DNA of 64,000 nt. It comes from Nitrospirales bacterium. GTDB lineage: Bacteria; Nitrospirota; Nitrospiria; Nitrospirales; UBA8639. The position numbers and the translations under genes were made by a program. Where the stretch lies: the NCBI GenBank assembly GCA_965203295.1, contig CBDBCZ010000014.1, positions 640,001-704,000 on the forward strand. Reading direction: 5' to 3'. The notes beneath the pieces are model-generated. The model was not told the origin of the DNA. It saw only the letters and a program-made list of their open reading frames with translations, and did not search any database. The first letter of the stretch is position 1, and the number at the start of each line of letters is the position of its first letter. Below, one piece after another: positions 10,601 to 22,541 of this stretch.

Positions 10601-12170
10601 GTACCTGCATACAATCTCTGAATTAAGTTAAACATTATGCGAGTAAGAAAAGTATGCTATACTAGAGTGTGGAATGAAATTGGGAAGCTGTTACCTCTCC
10701 ATTTTCTCTGGTAGCTAGAGGCTGTGGCTCTTCACTCTTAGAAATAAAGTGGTCAAAACACACTTATTTAGGTTGGCGGTAGGGTGTCACACAGCACACC
10801 AGGTCACCTGTTTTTAGGTTGTGTGTGAGTCTCAGAGTGGGTGAACATTCAATAACTCCTGTTCTGTAAAATTTCATAACATCAATTGTGTTCTGTGTGA
10901 CTAATATCCCCCCACCTATGTTTTGTGCCTGCAATCTCTGAAGTAACAATGTGCAAACACAAGAAAAGTAATGTTTAATTCAAGTACGATATCTCCGGGT
11001 GGGCTGTCAGAAGTATGGTTTCTTACACGGTTCCTTCTACAATTGCTAACTGAAGTGATATGTTTTGCATACTGTCTGTACATGATGGTTGTGTTTACAC
11101 AAGAAAAGTTATGTGTGTGCTTATCAATTAGAGTGGGGAATTATTTTGGAAGTAGTAACTGCTTCAAGTATCTCTTGTAGTTAGCGGTTGCGGCATTATT
11201 TGTTGATTCTCACATTTTGTTATGTCATTCTGCTGTCTGTAAGGAACTATTGCATGAACAAAAGTGAAGTAATGTGTTCTGTGTGCACATTATCAGCGTG
11301 AAGATTTAAATAGGAAGCTGTTACTATTCTTCAGGTACGATTAATTTAGAGGCTTCACAGTAATCACTTTTCAAAGTTGTGTGTTTTATAAGACTGGCAA
11401 ATAGGAACCCTTGGGATGTATAGAAATTTCAATACCCTCAAGAACCATACTCTTTCATACCCTTGGAAAATTATGCTATTATGTTTTAAACCAGTCCTAA
11501 TAGTCAGGAAACAGCTTTGATTTAGAGGTTGAGTACTTTTTAAGTACGGCGAACAGGCTTCCATACTTATGTGAAACAGAATGTACAATTACAGCAAATC
11601 CAGTGAACAGGATCCTTGACTGTTTCACAGTACTAAGGGAGCCAGTTCGTTGTATTTACAAAAGTACTCAACATCTAAGCCTGACTATTAGGATTTACGG
11701 TATTCCATTGTATAACTAATTGGGAATTGGTACTGAACACTTTACATTTTTGAGAGTAGCTACTTGAGAATAATTACTGTCATTTGTGTCACTCGTTGTT
11801 GTTAATTCACAGTAAACGTACACGCATGTCACATATCACTGCTAGGAAGCAAGCGCTCACTCAGGCTCGCCCTAAGATGCCCTGCATCTCCCTAGCACTG
11901 CGTCCAATTGCAGTAAGCAACGTCTGAAGAAACCATGTATAGAACCTTACCCCTGACAGCCCACTTTGAGATCACACAAAGACAGGGAAGGTATAGTCCT
12001 GGCTAATTGGAAATCTGTCTCTGTGCTTCAAAAATACCAAAAGCTTCAACTTCTAAAACAAGTGACAATTAGATAAGTGATTGCTACTGCGTTAATATTT
12101 AACAAACAATGCAGTGTATGACAGTGGTAAGCAACCCTAGAAGGAACTGTGTAAGGAACCAAGACAAATC
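7678..12170. repeat. Diverged satellite-like array (also ~26500-28585, 29251-31523, 32185-35200, 46570-50063, 59225-63690)
   Basis: Recurrent blocks GACAGCCCACTTTGAGAT, GGTATTCCTAGCTAATTG, CACAGCCTCTAGCTACCAG, CTCTAATTAATTGTACACATTAC every few hundred bp; orientation flips around 10620-11340. Confidence 0.85.
9673..9880. mobile_element. Fold-back MITE-like palindrome (copies ~30227-30435, 48854-49062, 61203-61410)
   Basis: Imperfect ~100-bp arms (GGAAATTTGACAG..ATCTGG, AGTATAGGATAGGG..GAATTTC) interrupting the satellite. Confidence 0.7.
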
Positions 12171-13055
12171 ATGAAAGCAAGATGAGATTTTGGGCATTTC
12201 TTAGTCTTGAGAGGGGTATATTGATTACAGAGACAGTGAAAAACAGAATTCTATATGAAGCACTACTAAATGGTTGGTAGCTCGGCAGAGATTTAGAAAT
12301 GAAGTGCAGGAGAGTAAAGCAGGAAAGGAACAGAGCAAGCAGCTCAGATCGATCTAGAGTCAGTAGTGGTGCTGAGCATAGTTTGGAAGCTCCAGAAGAA
12401 AGAGGAGGCAAGATGATTGACGAGGAAGAAATGAGCAAAGAATGTTTCATACTCACCCTCCATGCTTAGAAGTAGCTAAATCTTGTGTAACCATGCCAGA
12501 TAGCGCTGAGCATGGCAGTGTGCATTGACCTGCTACCGAAAGGTTGATTGGCTTTATATATAAAGTCGTAGGCATTGAGTGCCAGGGTGCACTCCTCCCC
12601 GAGTGAGTCAGGCACATGTCCAATCATTTTGTAATGATCCTCAGCCTCTGTATTTTACTAACACTAGTGTCTTTGGCTGTCCCTCACACTTGGCTCTTGG
12701 TATATATGCCATTGTGGAGTAATTTATTGAGTCATACTAGTTTCAGTTGGAGAATCAGTAATGGTTTATGGTGCTGATGATGTTGCTGCTAATAATTTAC
12801 CTTACGGTCACCTTAAATGAAGCTACTGTATTCCCTGCTAAGCTTTACACTCACCAACATGCACTCACTCAGAAAGCCACACTTCTTGAGGATCTTCGCA
12901 GTTGCTCTGCAGCGACGCAAGACCGTACACTAGCGTGAGACTATATTAAAGCTTACTACAGTACTAACGATTAGCATGCACGTGAGAAGTCAGCTCCTCC
13001 CTCCCGTTACTGCTAGAACCGCAGCCCGCAGTCTGTACACAAATATTAATATGTA

Positions 13056-13420
13056 CTAGTGATACACAATGTGCAGGGATGTCCTCGCTTCGCGAGAATT
13101 GCTGGGTGTGGCACATATATTTTGTGGCACGCCTACCAAGCAGAAAAAGGTCAAACGTAGCAGGGCACGCCTACAACCCCAAATAAAAAATGGCTACGTG
13201 TAATAATGCGCCTGGAAGACCACAGGCTGAAGCAGGCCCGCTGTAATAGTGAGCGCTTCCAAGTCTCTCGTACAGAGTTCTGTAACGAAGGTAAGTGTTT
13301 GCTGCGAGTTTGGTAGGCTATATATCTGGAGAAGTGGCTGGGAGGGACGTGGACCATGACGACGACGACGACGACGAAAAAGGTCAATGGAACCGGAGTA
13401 TAGCCTCGCTTCGCTCGGAA
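13056..13420 (-). mobile_element. Non-autonomous Helitron/Helentron-like element, left arm only
   Basis: Absent from the sister arm (45662/45663). On the minus strand it starts TTCCGAGCGAAGCGAGG and ends CACTAG. Inserted between A and T with no TSD; internal (GTC)n tract. Confidence 0.75.
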
Positions 13421-14009
13421 TAACACATCAACTTTATAGACATAAGATGATTACAAGTGGCATTGATATGCACCACTGGCTTCAAGGCAGTTCATGGATT
13501 TCAATTTCTTGAGTGTTTCCTGCAAATGAAAAAACAGACACTTGTGGTAGAACCGAGGTGGGATAGGACTACGACCTCCGAGGATCACTCCCATAGACTC
13601 TATAGTCGCAACTGCAGTCATCTCGATCCGTACCTGTTAATGTATCTACTTAGAAGTTAGAATTGTCCACAGTAGCAAAACATCATACTGTTTCCCATGG
13701 TTCTAAACAACAGTGGGCCAAGGAGTGAAAAAATGCTATATACCTTAAATTAATTACCAGGTCCACACCATTGGACATTAACAAGAAAGTCTTTATCTTC
13801 ATGTACCCAAATAAGCAGAGGGCTTGGAATAAGCTTACAAAAGTGCCAGTTGACAATCAATAGCACAACAGGAGAGGCCTTGTGCAAATGGACAAATCAG
13901 TGCAATCACTAGCTGGTCAAGATCATGACTGCAATGGTAACTATATACACACTTACAGAGACTATGGGAGTGGCCCTCATTCAGTCCATTAAATACCCAC
14001 ACATTAAAC

Positions 14010-16957
14010 CTACAAGGCCTCTGCCCAACTTTTGCTGCGAGAGAGCCTGGGGACAAAGCTGCATAAACCAATGGCAGTAGAAACTACATCTACATACCAG
14101 TGTGAACAGGCGAAGTGTATTAGCAGCAGCACCAAGCCTGCAATTATCGACGGAGTTGCTGTCACAATGTACGCAATGCCCAAGAACAGGTTCCGTCCAC
14201 CTAGCCAGGAGATCTCAGCAAGGAAGAGAGATTTGGTCCCTTTATATTCACGAACAGGGTAGTCTGCTGTAGGTTAAGGAAACTGGCTGATAACTTTAAC
14301 TTACACTGAGCAAACAACTTTCAGAGATATACACATACCTGCATATGCACCTTAAGAATCTCAGTTTGAACTGGCTAAGTGATTTATACTAGCTAGATGC
14401 ATGCTACATAGCTACCACACAGAGAGGAGCCAACATATACATCACCAGCAAATGGCTACCAAGCAAGGGGTCACTTAAATATCTTGTCCACTTCATTATG
14501 TACAAGAACTTTAGTAAGCTGTTTTAGCGATGACATCATGCTTCAAGTTAGACTAATATGTGGCAGTCCCATGAACATTATTCTACCAAGATTGTCACTG
14601 CATTCAATGTCTTATATTGCTTATTTTCTGTTAATGGGTGGGGCTCAGATGCACAGTGTACATGGAACAACTACTGATGCAACGACACATAACATTTGAG
14701 CCCTACCCATAACAGTCATTGTGTTCTGCACTAATGTAGTGACATGATCAAAATATGCAACTGAATACGTTCACTTTCCAACTAGGACCACAGTCATACA
14801 CGCTAGCCTCCTCCCCATGCCTCAACCCAGTTTTAGTCACTTGCAGTATGAAATGTGGGGAGCTTAGGAACGAGGCCACGTACAATGTATACGACTATTG
14901 CATTAATATGAAGGATACTGTAAGTGAGAAAGATGGAGTCGTTTCCTGCAGGGAGATTAATATCACTGGAACCACTCTCTTGCAGTCGGCCATACAGTTT
15001 GCGGAATTTTGGAACTACTGACACACGAAACCAAACAATAAAGCTCTCGCTCTCCAGTCCCCCAGGAATTTCTGAAAGAACATACGGCCAGTTGGGGGGC
15101 ATGGTGGTGTCAACAAGATCCTCAGGGCTGACCTCAGGGGCGCCGTTTGGGTTTTGGAAGCGAACACTACGGTCAGTATCCCAGGCAAAGTTGGTTCTAT
15201 TACAGCAGGTCATGTTCTCACCCGTATCACGATTCATGAACATATCAAATGAGTCTAGAAGGAGAGACAAACACAATAATAATTTACACAGCCCACATAC
15301 TTAAACTCAGACGTCTACATGAACAAGGACAAACTACACACAGGTGTGTTCAGGAATTTTACTATGCACGCACGATCCACTCTAATCACTACATTGGAGT
15401 GCACAAAACATTGTGACTGTTCACATTTTGCCAGATCTAGAAAAGCATTGTATTAACATTTTAAAAGTGAGATGGGCCATCACTGAAGATGCAGTATGGT
15501 GAAGCAAAAGTCATATACGTACATGTAGATATCTAGTAATCCATCAAAACCAAAATCTGCATTTGGCGTTAGAAATTTCTTTGGAAGGTTCGCTCCCACA
15601 ATATTTGCTAGTAGACTCAGAGAGTCCATGCATTGTTTCTAGTGGAAATTCCACTCCACTCACAACAAACAATCTACTAATTAATCCTGACCCTAAGTAA
15701 GCAAACTTGTTAAAGTATGCTCACCATTGAACAAGCTGTTTGCAATGAGTCCACAAGGTACAACAGGCATACGTGTGCCATTAGTGTTCTCAACATTCCG
15801 TATGGGGTTACAGTCACCGGAGGGGTTCAAGAAGCTCCCTCAATTTCCTCGCAGCTGTTTCACATCCCAGGAGTTGACGTAGCGACGGTGGTTCTGGAAG
15901 TAGTTGCCAAGACCACAGTACATGTACCATGGAGAGCGCAGCTCCTCCGGGACAGTGAAATTCACCCGGCAGTGGCAGTCTTCAAAATCATGCCTCTCAA
16001 TGTTACTTAGAGCACTTGTATTGGCCAGCTACTCGGAACATGTCTGGAAGTTACATATGAAAGGGACATCACTGGGAACTGGTTCACAATTAGTATAGGG
16101 AATTTCCACCTCACGTATCTGAGTATAGATGGGATGTAAAAACAACAGTATACAACAACAGCAGTGGAATACTAATATTATCAGTAGAAATTGGCTTGAG
16201 TCTTACTATAAAGTAACGCCACATACACATGTACATGTACATGCCAACAGGGTGATATATGTATGGCCAAGTGTACTGTTAGCTTAAAGCTACAGTGCTC
16301 AACGGGTATTCCCTATAGAGGACACCTTGTTTCCATGTGTGATCTTAATTGAATCTCTATTATATAAAATTTTTATAGCTCTCCAAAATATGTACACATC
16401 GCCACTCCATATTTTCTGGCCTCAACAGTACCTACTATAGACTGTACAAACTCCACCGATAGTGCAGACTGTAAATCACCTACTATAGAGTAGGCGATTT
16501 GACGCTTCATCAACACTAATATTGATAGTGCTAGTCTCAGGGATGGTACAGAGAACGAGGCTAAACTACCAGAGTTGGTTAGGCCAGTGCCCAAGATACA
16601 AGCCGGTTAGACCATGTCTACTGGCGGGCTGTAAAGTAAATACACACACAATCCCTCGGGTTTCACCCTTGGAATTACGTGATAATGCTTAGGATAAACC
16701 ATGGTCTAAGTAACATGTAGCTCGTGGTTAATGGTTAAGACTTGACTGGTATAATTCAGAGGGCTCTTACTTGAATCTACATGTACATGCAAATAAACAT
16801 CACTGTTATGTTAGGTCACTTACCCTCATTGCAACAACGAGAAAGGTAACTCCGAGAGCAAGGAAGATCACCCCAACAATGAAGAAGACAAAAGACACAT
16901 GACGGGCTGTGAAGAGAGGACGGCACGCTGGAATCTGCTGCTGCACCCACTTGTTCT
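14010..16957 (-). pseudogene. CDC50: CDC50/LEM3 (TMEM30) flippase beta-subunit gene, left copy with in-frame stop; exons 16957-16824, 16118-15725, 15254-14919, 14263-14010
   Basis: QQQIPACRP plus TM helix; NYFQNHRRYVNS; PCGLIANSLFND; FIVWFR..PKFRKLYG; NYPV..SWLGGRNLFLGIAY. TAG at 16029-16031 where the sister copy has TAC. First coding exon not located. Confidence 0.88.
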
Positions 16958-18223
16958 CTGAAGGAAAGAAAGGTATGACAGAACGGGTCAAGAACTACAA
17001 AGAACTTCTGTCATTTAGCAGACTAAAGTAACAACTTGAGACAGTAACTACAGTTGGGGCCTACTAGTAAGTGCTACCATAACAGGGGCCTGAGAGCTAG
17101 ACATGCACAAGTGGAAGATGCTTTGCTTAGCACAGATACAGGTGTACAGCTCAACAAGTTGCAAGGACATGCTACTTAGTGTGCAGGGTTTCATACAGGA
17201 TTCTTTGCTGGAGGGGGGAGACAAATAGTGAACAGACACACGCGAAATACGCAGCATGTACAGTACATGTATGGTCTTCTATGGGCAGGGGGGGGGGGGG
17301 GGTCTAAAAATGTTTGAAAAAATAGATGCCTAGAAGCGTATTGGACTTTGGCTGCTAGTCCACTACAAAACACTTGTGTTCAAATCAATGGAATTTTTTA
17401 CTAAATTCTTGGGGGTGGAGATCCTAGTGTACTGCCCTCTATACAAAACCCGAGTGTAATTTGTAAGTGATAACTGCTTATGAGCTGCCCAGTTGTGAGT
17501 ACAACAGCAAATAATATTGTGGTGTCTGAGAACACTTGTGTTCAAATCAATGGAATTATGACATTAAGAAGAGAGAGCTATATTGGAGCAGAAAGTTGAA
17601 GTATTGAAATCCACCAATGGTTAGCATAGTTTGAGGTGTGCTCAGAGAGCAGAAATTAGGCAGAAAAGACTAAGGAAACTGAAGAACATCTGAGGCAATT
17701 AGTAATTGCTGAAGATCCCTTCAAAGAATGATGAGAAGGTTTGAAACAATCACAGCGGGTTCACTCTGTTCACCTTCTTTCAGCCCTATTTAAACTAGGG
17801 CAGTCACACTTTGCTTTCTCTACTCCAGCAGCTCACGCTGACACTAATGTGGCTTTGCATGGCTATCACTGTCTGGATAGAACATGGGCTATGTACGTAT
17901 CAATATAGTATAGGCTCTTAGTAGTAGGCCAAGTGTTGTATTTCAACAGTGCAGATTGCATGAGTTTATAAGCCTATACATGATATATACATACATACAT
18001 GTAGTTGTCAATACACAATTTGTATACATGTAATAGGCTAATCATTTTAGGATACAATAATATATATATATATAGCATTGCAAGTAATATGCTGCAGTTT
18101 GCCTTCTGCATGATATGTACAGACATACATGTTACAGTTGGAATTGGCTGGGTCCTACTGGCAAGTGCTACTAGCGGGTTTAGTGGCTATATAAAGCTTG
18201 CCTACTGCTCCTCTGCCAAGGGG

Positions 18224-18297
18224 GCTCCAGTAGCTCAATTGGTAAGAGCATCTGACTAGTATTCAGAAGGTCCTGGGTTCAATCCCCAGCTGGGTCC
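18224..18297 (+). tRNA. tRNA-Thr(AGT)-like sequence (gene, pseudogene or SINE head)
   Basis: D stem GCTC/GAGC; anticodon arm TCTGA-CTAGTAT-TCAGA; T arm CTGGG-TTCAATC-CCCAG; acceptor stem with one mismatch; T5 at 18301. Confidence 0.65.
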
Positions 18298-19036
18298 CAA
18301 TTTTTATGTGTAATAAGCTAATCAATTTAGGATACAGTAATATAATTATAGCAAGTAGTATACTGCAGTTTGCCTTCTGCAGCATTAATTGCATCGCACA
18401 CTATGTGCTATCTCATACTGTGCTGTGCTATAATTAAAGTATTCCCAAGTATTACACAGAGGGACTAATCATGGACACATCTTGACTCAGCCGCTGACTC
18501 ATTACTGTACACGCTAGGATGTCCTGATCATTAAAGCCATCCATAGAACTAACAGTTGCTGGCCAAATCATCACTAGATCCAATCCATCCTAATAACATT
18601 GAATCATCATTGGTCAAAACAGAGAAGCAGCCCAGAAGACTCCTACCTGTGTACGTACCTCCAAGTGAACATGGCCAAATACAACATGTACTAGCATATC
18701 TTTGCATGGTGGAAAACCTGACTCCTTGATTACTACACAAGAACGTGTCCTACTTTCCAAAAGAGAAAAGGTGCTGGATCCCATAACACCTTCAACAGAA
18801 AGTGAAATAGAATTCAAAAGGAAAGTTAAGCATTCATTGAATGCAGATATGCCTTTACAGACAAGGAAGAGGAACTGCTGTGGAGTTCCACAATTTATCG
18901 CATGGGCTATAACTGGTACTATTACAATAAGTTGGGTGAAATGCACTGTGCAAATACCATAGATTAATCATAACATTATAGGCAAACATGTTATCTGCAT
19001 GACATGCAGTGCACAAAATCAACTCAGTATACATAC

Positions 19037-22000
19037 CTTAAACCGATGGCTTGACTGTGACTGAGCTGGAGGGTTCTTCCTATAGGAAAACAGTAATTGT
19101 TCTGCAGGATTCACAATCTTTCTCTAAGTAATACAAAATGGACAAGCTAGCTAGTTGTATGTGCCTGTATTTAGCCAACAAGTGGAATACATGTACTGGT
19201 AGGCTGGCGAGTTACGATAATCCTGTTTCGCAACTTACAGCTGCTAACAAGTCGGATAATTGTAGCTTCGTGATTCCAGTCTCCACTGCTAGCTTCAATT
19301 TCTTCGCACCAACACATACTTGACAAAAGTGGAGACTGGAAATGAGGTTACTTTCGCTATATTTTTTTAGCTCTTGGCCTGACCTGTTACTTAGCAGAGA
19401 CTTGGGAGTTTAGCAGATCTTACTTTTAACAGTTGTGGTACAGCAATATGCAAGTGTGGATGTTATGTATACACACCCATTTTACCTTAGACATGCATAT
19501 ACGTATGTATGTGCATACCTTTTGCAACTTTTAGCACTTCTTTTGCGTGGAGAATATCTCACTCCAAGAGGAGTCACTGTGTGGCTTCTGTGCTTCTTTA
19601 GTCCAGGAGCTGATCTGCTACCCTGCACTACTTGCAAAATGCGCTCGGCTTCAACTTCAAGACACACATAGCTCTGCGAGAAAAAGAAATAGTCCAGGCA
19701 CTTACTAGATAATTGTTCTATACTTGCAGTGGAGTACTATAATGTATTATGTATGTAAATCCAATCAATAGTTACTGTAGATGAGCTTTTAAATTAAACA
19801 TAATGTGAACATAAATGTGTAGCAGGGGTGTAAGAATGGCCTTTGATAGAGCTAGCCAGATCACCTAAAGCTATTCGTTTCACTTGCACAAAATATTGCA
19901 GAGGAGAAAGGTCAATCGGACCGAAGATATCCCAAGAGTAGATGCTGTAGTTATGTTCCTAATTGAACATGAAGGATGGTAAGCTGGTTCGGCTGCCGCA
20001 GTCAGTGAAAGATTTGATGAAGCGTTAAGTTAAATTATCAAAGCGTTAAGTTAAATTGTCAAGCTGAACTTGACAATTGAATTGTTACTATGTATTGTTT
20101 TATCAATTTTGTTTCATTGTATTGTTGCAATACATTCTGCACTTATTGCACTATAACATTAACATAAACTATTTAAAGAAAATTTAAAAATCGTTTTCCA
20201 AACATGCTAATTGGAATTTCCTCACAGGAATTGGAAGTGGTGCAATGTGATTTACGCTTCATTTGCTGTAGGTTGTTGGTCTTCTCAGCACTTGTTTCAA
20301 TTCTTTCATGAAGACAACATCCATGCTATTGCAAGAGGTACCATTTAACACAAGTGTATGGCACTACAATGAGCATGCCACTAGAACGATATGTTGTATA
20401 TGTACTGCAAACCTCATCTTTATCTCTCACACTTGCAACATTAACAGACAGTTGCTCACAGATGGAGTCTACCACATCATCATCTGAGCAGAAATAAAGG
20501 CAGACTAAAAGCTGCTTTGAAAATACATTGATACTAAACACAGCAGTAAAATCCCCAGAAAGTAGTTAAAGCTGCAGTTTCAGACACCGAGATAGTGTAA
20601 TGGCCTGCATGGTTCTAGTTTAAAACTGTGGCCTTGCACGCTCAGGTGCAATATCATAGTAGAATATGGGAAAGCTGCTGCTCCTTTGTGAAAGAGACAA
20701 GAACATCAGTATAAACTTTGTACAATGTACAATTCATTTTGGGAACCGGTACAATACGAACATTATGTATGGCTTATTACATTCATCACTGTGGAAAACA
20801 GCTAAGTTATCAAAATGTTTGCATTTCTGTAAATAATTCACGATATTCAGCTACGTAAGCCTTGCTCTTAGTCTCAACTTACTTTGCATATACGTAGTAC
20901 AACACACTACATACTACGTATGTGCAAAAAGCTGGGGAGTGGAGACGAGAATGAGGCTATAGCTAGCTACATATAGCACACACACACACACCTCTACATA
21001 CCAATCAAGGGGGGTGCTCTCAGGTCAAGCACTATGAGACATGTGTTCACTTTCAGTACTTCCAGAAGACTGACTGCCCCATCAGTAGTGACACCACAGG
21101 ACTGGATCTATGGCTGGGAGTTACAGAAGTAATTGTACCATCATTACAGGCATAACTGTATTGAATTTACAATCCTGTATGTAAATTACACAAGTGACTG
21201 TATAAGATATGATTGGATCTACAATGTATGAATGTGCACACTGTACGTAAATGTTTTTTTCCACCTCACTGCTTCCCAAAGAGCTTGACTTCTTTATTTG
21301 GACTGCCACATTAAATAGATGATAATTATTCTACGACTCCCCACATCCAGATGAAACCATAGAGAAGGTTGGAAGAAGCTAACCCACATGTACGTACATA
21401 CCTCTGAGGCACACATCATCTCTGAGTGCTTCCGCAAACTCCTGTGCACCTTTATCACCAATGTCAACGTTGAGATTTATAATCTGTGCAGACCTGGTAT
21501 CTTTTCCAGTTTGAGCTTTTATGATCGGAGGCTTCACTTTGTCTGTGCAGGCAATGTTGCTGCAGAAATATAGTAAAGGTGTAGTAAATAAATGTAGCCT
21601 CATACCCGGATAGACCTATTACCACCGTAGTAATGTATCTGAGATGTATATCAGTACATATACGTATATACAATCTCATTACTACGTAGCTACACGCAAG
21701 AAGTTCCTTCCTTCACTACAGCAAGAAAAATAGGCTTCTTAGGCTTCTCTCCAGTTCAATTCAGTGACAGCTTTAGTCCTTGTTTTGTAAGGCATGGTAC
21801 CATACACAGGAAGAGCAACTAAAATGTGACTTCCAATCTTTTAAAAGCCACTCTGGATACCTGTCTGCCAATCCCCCTTGAATAGATCTATCATGAAGTC
21901 ATTCCGTTATATATCAGTATATGCAGTGATGTATATACTGCAAAGCACAAGCTTAATTAGTGTGATCATAGATAGTAGAGTAGAAGGACTTCCTATCCTT

Positions 22001-22541
22001 CTACTCTACTATCTATGGTGTGATAAAAAGTATCTATTATAAACATACCTACACAGCAGTCAATCAACTGGAAGCTTTCTGCTTATGCTGTACACAAAGC
22101 TGCCCTGTGCAAATGTACATCTATCCTCGCTCCCAGGCCCTCACTTCATTTGGTTGCATGAAGGCTAGCATAATATACTTGTAAAAAGTCACTGGATTAA
22201 TGGAGGTACTGTCTAACTACATGTATTGGTGTACTGACCACTATTTACAGTACCATAGACAAAGGGTCTAATTACATACCAAGGCTTCTCACAGTTGGGT
22301 AAAGTCTTTCCTCCCATTTGTCTATGAAGACAACAGTATGCAGTGCCTTGTTGATCTGTAAAGCAGTCAGAAGTGGGTGCCAGTCGTTTCTCTTAGCCTT
22401 GAAGACCCGACAACTCAGCACTCCTTCCTTGGCTCCACTGCGGATACTGGCTATAGGACACGTGTCCTCCAGGGCACACAGACTTTCATAGTAAGCTACA
22501 AAGTCTTCAGCTCCTCGCTGACGAATGCAAACAGCCTCCAT
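19037..22541 (-). pseudogene. CEP78: CEP78-like (centrosomal LRR protein) pseudogene, left copy; exons approx. 22541-22280, 21558-21401, 21113-21002, 20483-20413, 19673-19520, 19079-19037
   Basis: DFVAYYESLCAL..EGVL..DWHPLLTALQINK; NVDIGDKGAQEFAEALRDDVCLR; QSCGVTTDGAVSLLEVLKVNTCLIVLDLR..PLI. These match the CEP78 N-terminus and LRRs as recalled. Frameshifts, a TAA stop and apparently missing middle exons. Confidence 0.83.
21967..22017. mobile_element. 51-bp P-like remnant (mirror 37893-37943)
   Basis: Perfect 22-bp TIR CATAGATAGTAGAGTAGAAGGA, 7-nt spacer, 7-bp TSD GTGTGAT. Confidence 0.8.

Noticed and set aside
9253..11180. Short ORFs recurring 3-4 times (MCKGISLL.., MTLYQGCL..)
   Set aside because: They recur only because the DNA is duplicated; non-ATG starts and no protein features.
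7678..12170. Possible CRISPR-like repeat-spacer array
   Set aside because: Repeats are long, degenerate and irregular, the intervening DNA is itself repetitive, there are no cas genes, and the context is eukaryotic.
12169..12456. Ser/Leu-rich 95-aa ORF and its purine-rich opposite strand
   Set aside because: Low-complexity composition, frameshifted in the 46278 copy, no recognisable domain.
13586..13972. 16-bp inverted repeat CACTCCCATAG(A/T)CTCT as possible CACTA/MITE ends
   Set aside because: No TSD, no empty site and no other support.
17369..17557. 27-bp direct repeat AACACTTGTGTTCAAATCAATGGAATT around ~135 bp
   Set aside because: Could be a TSD or a local duplication, but the enclosed sequence has no element hallmarks.
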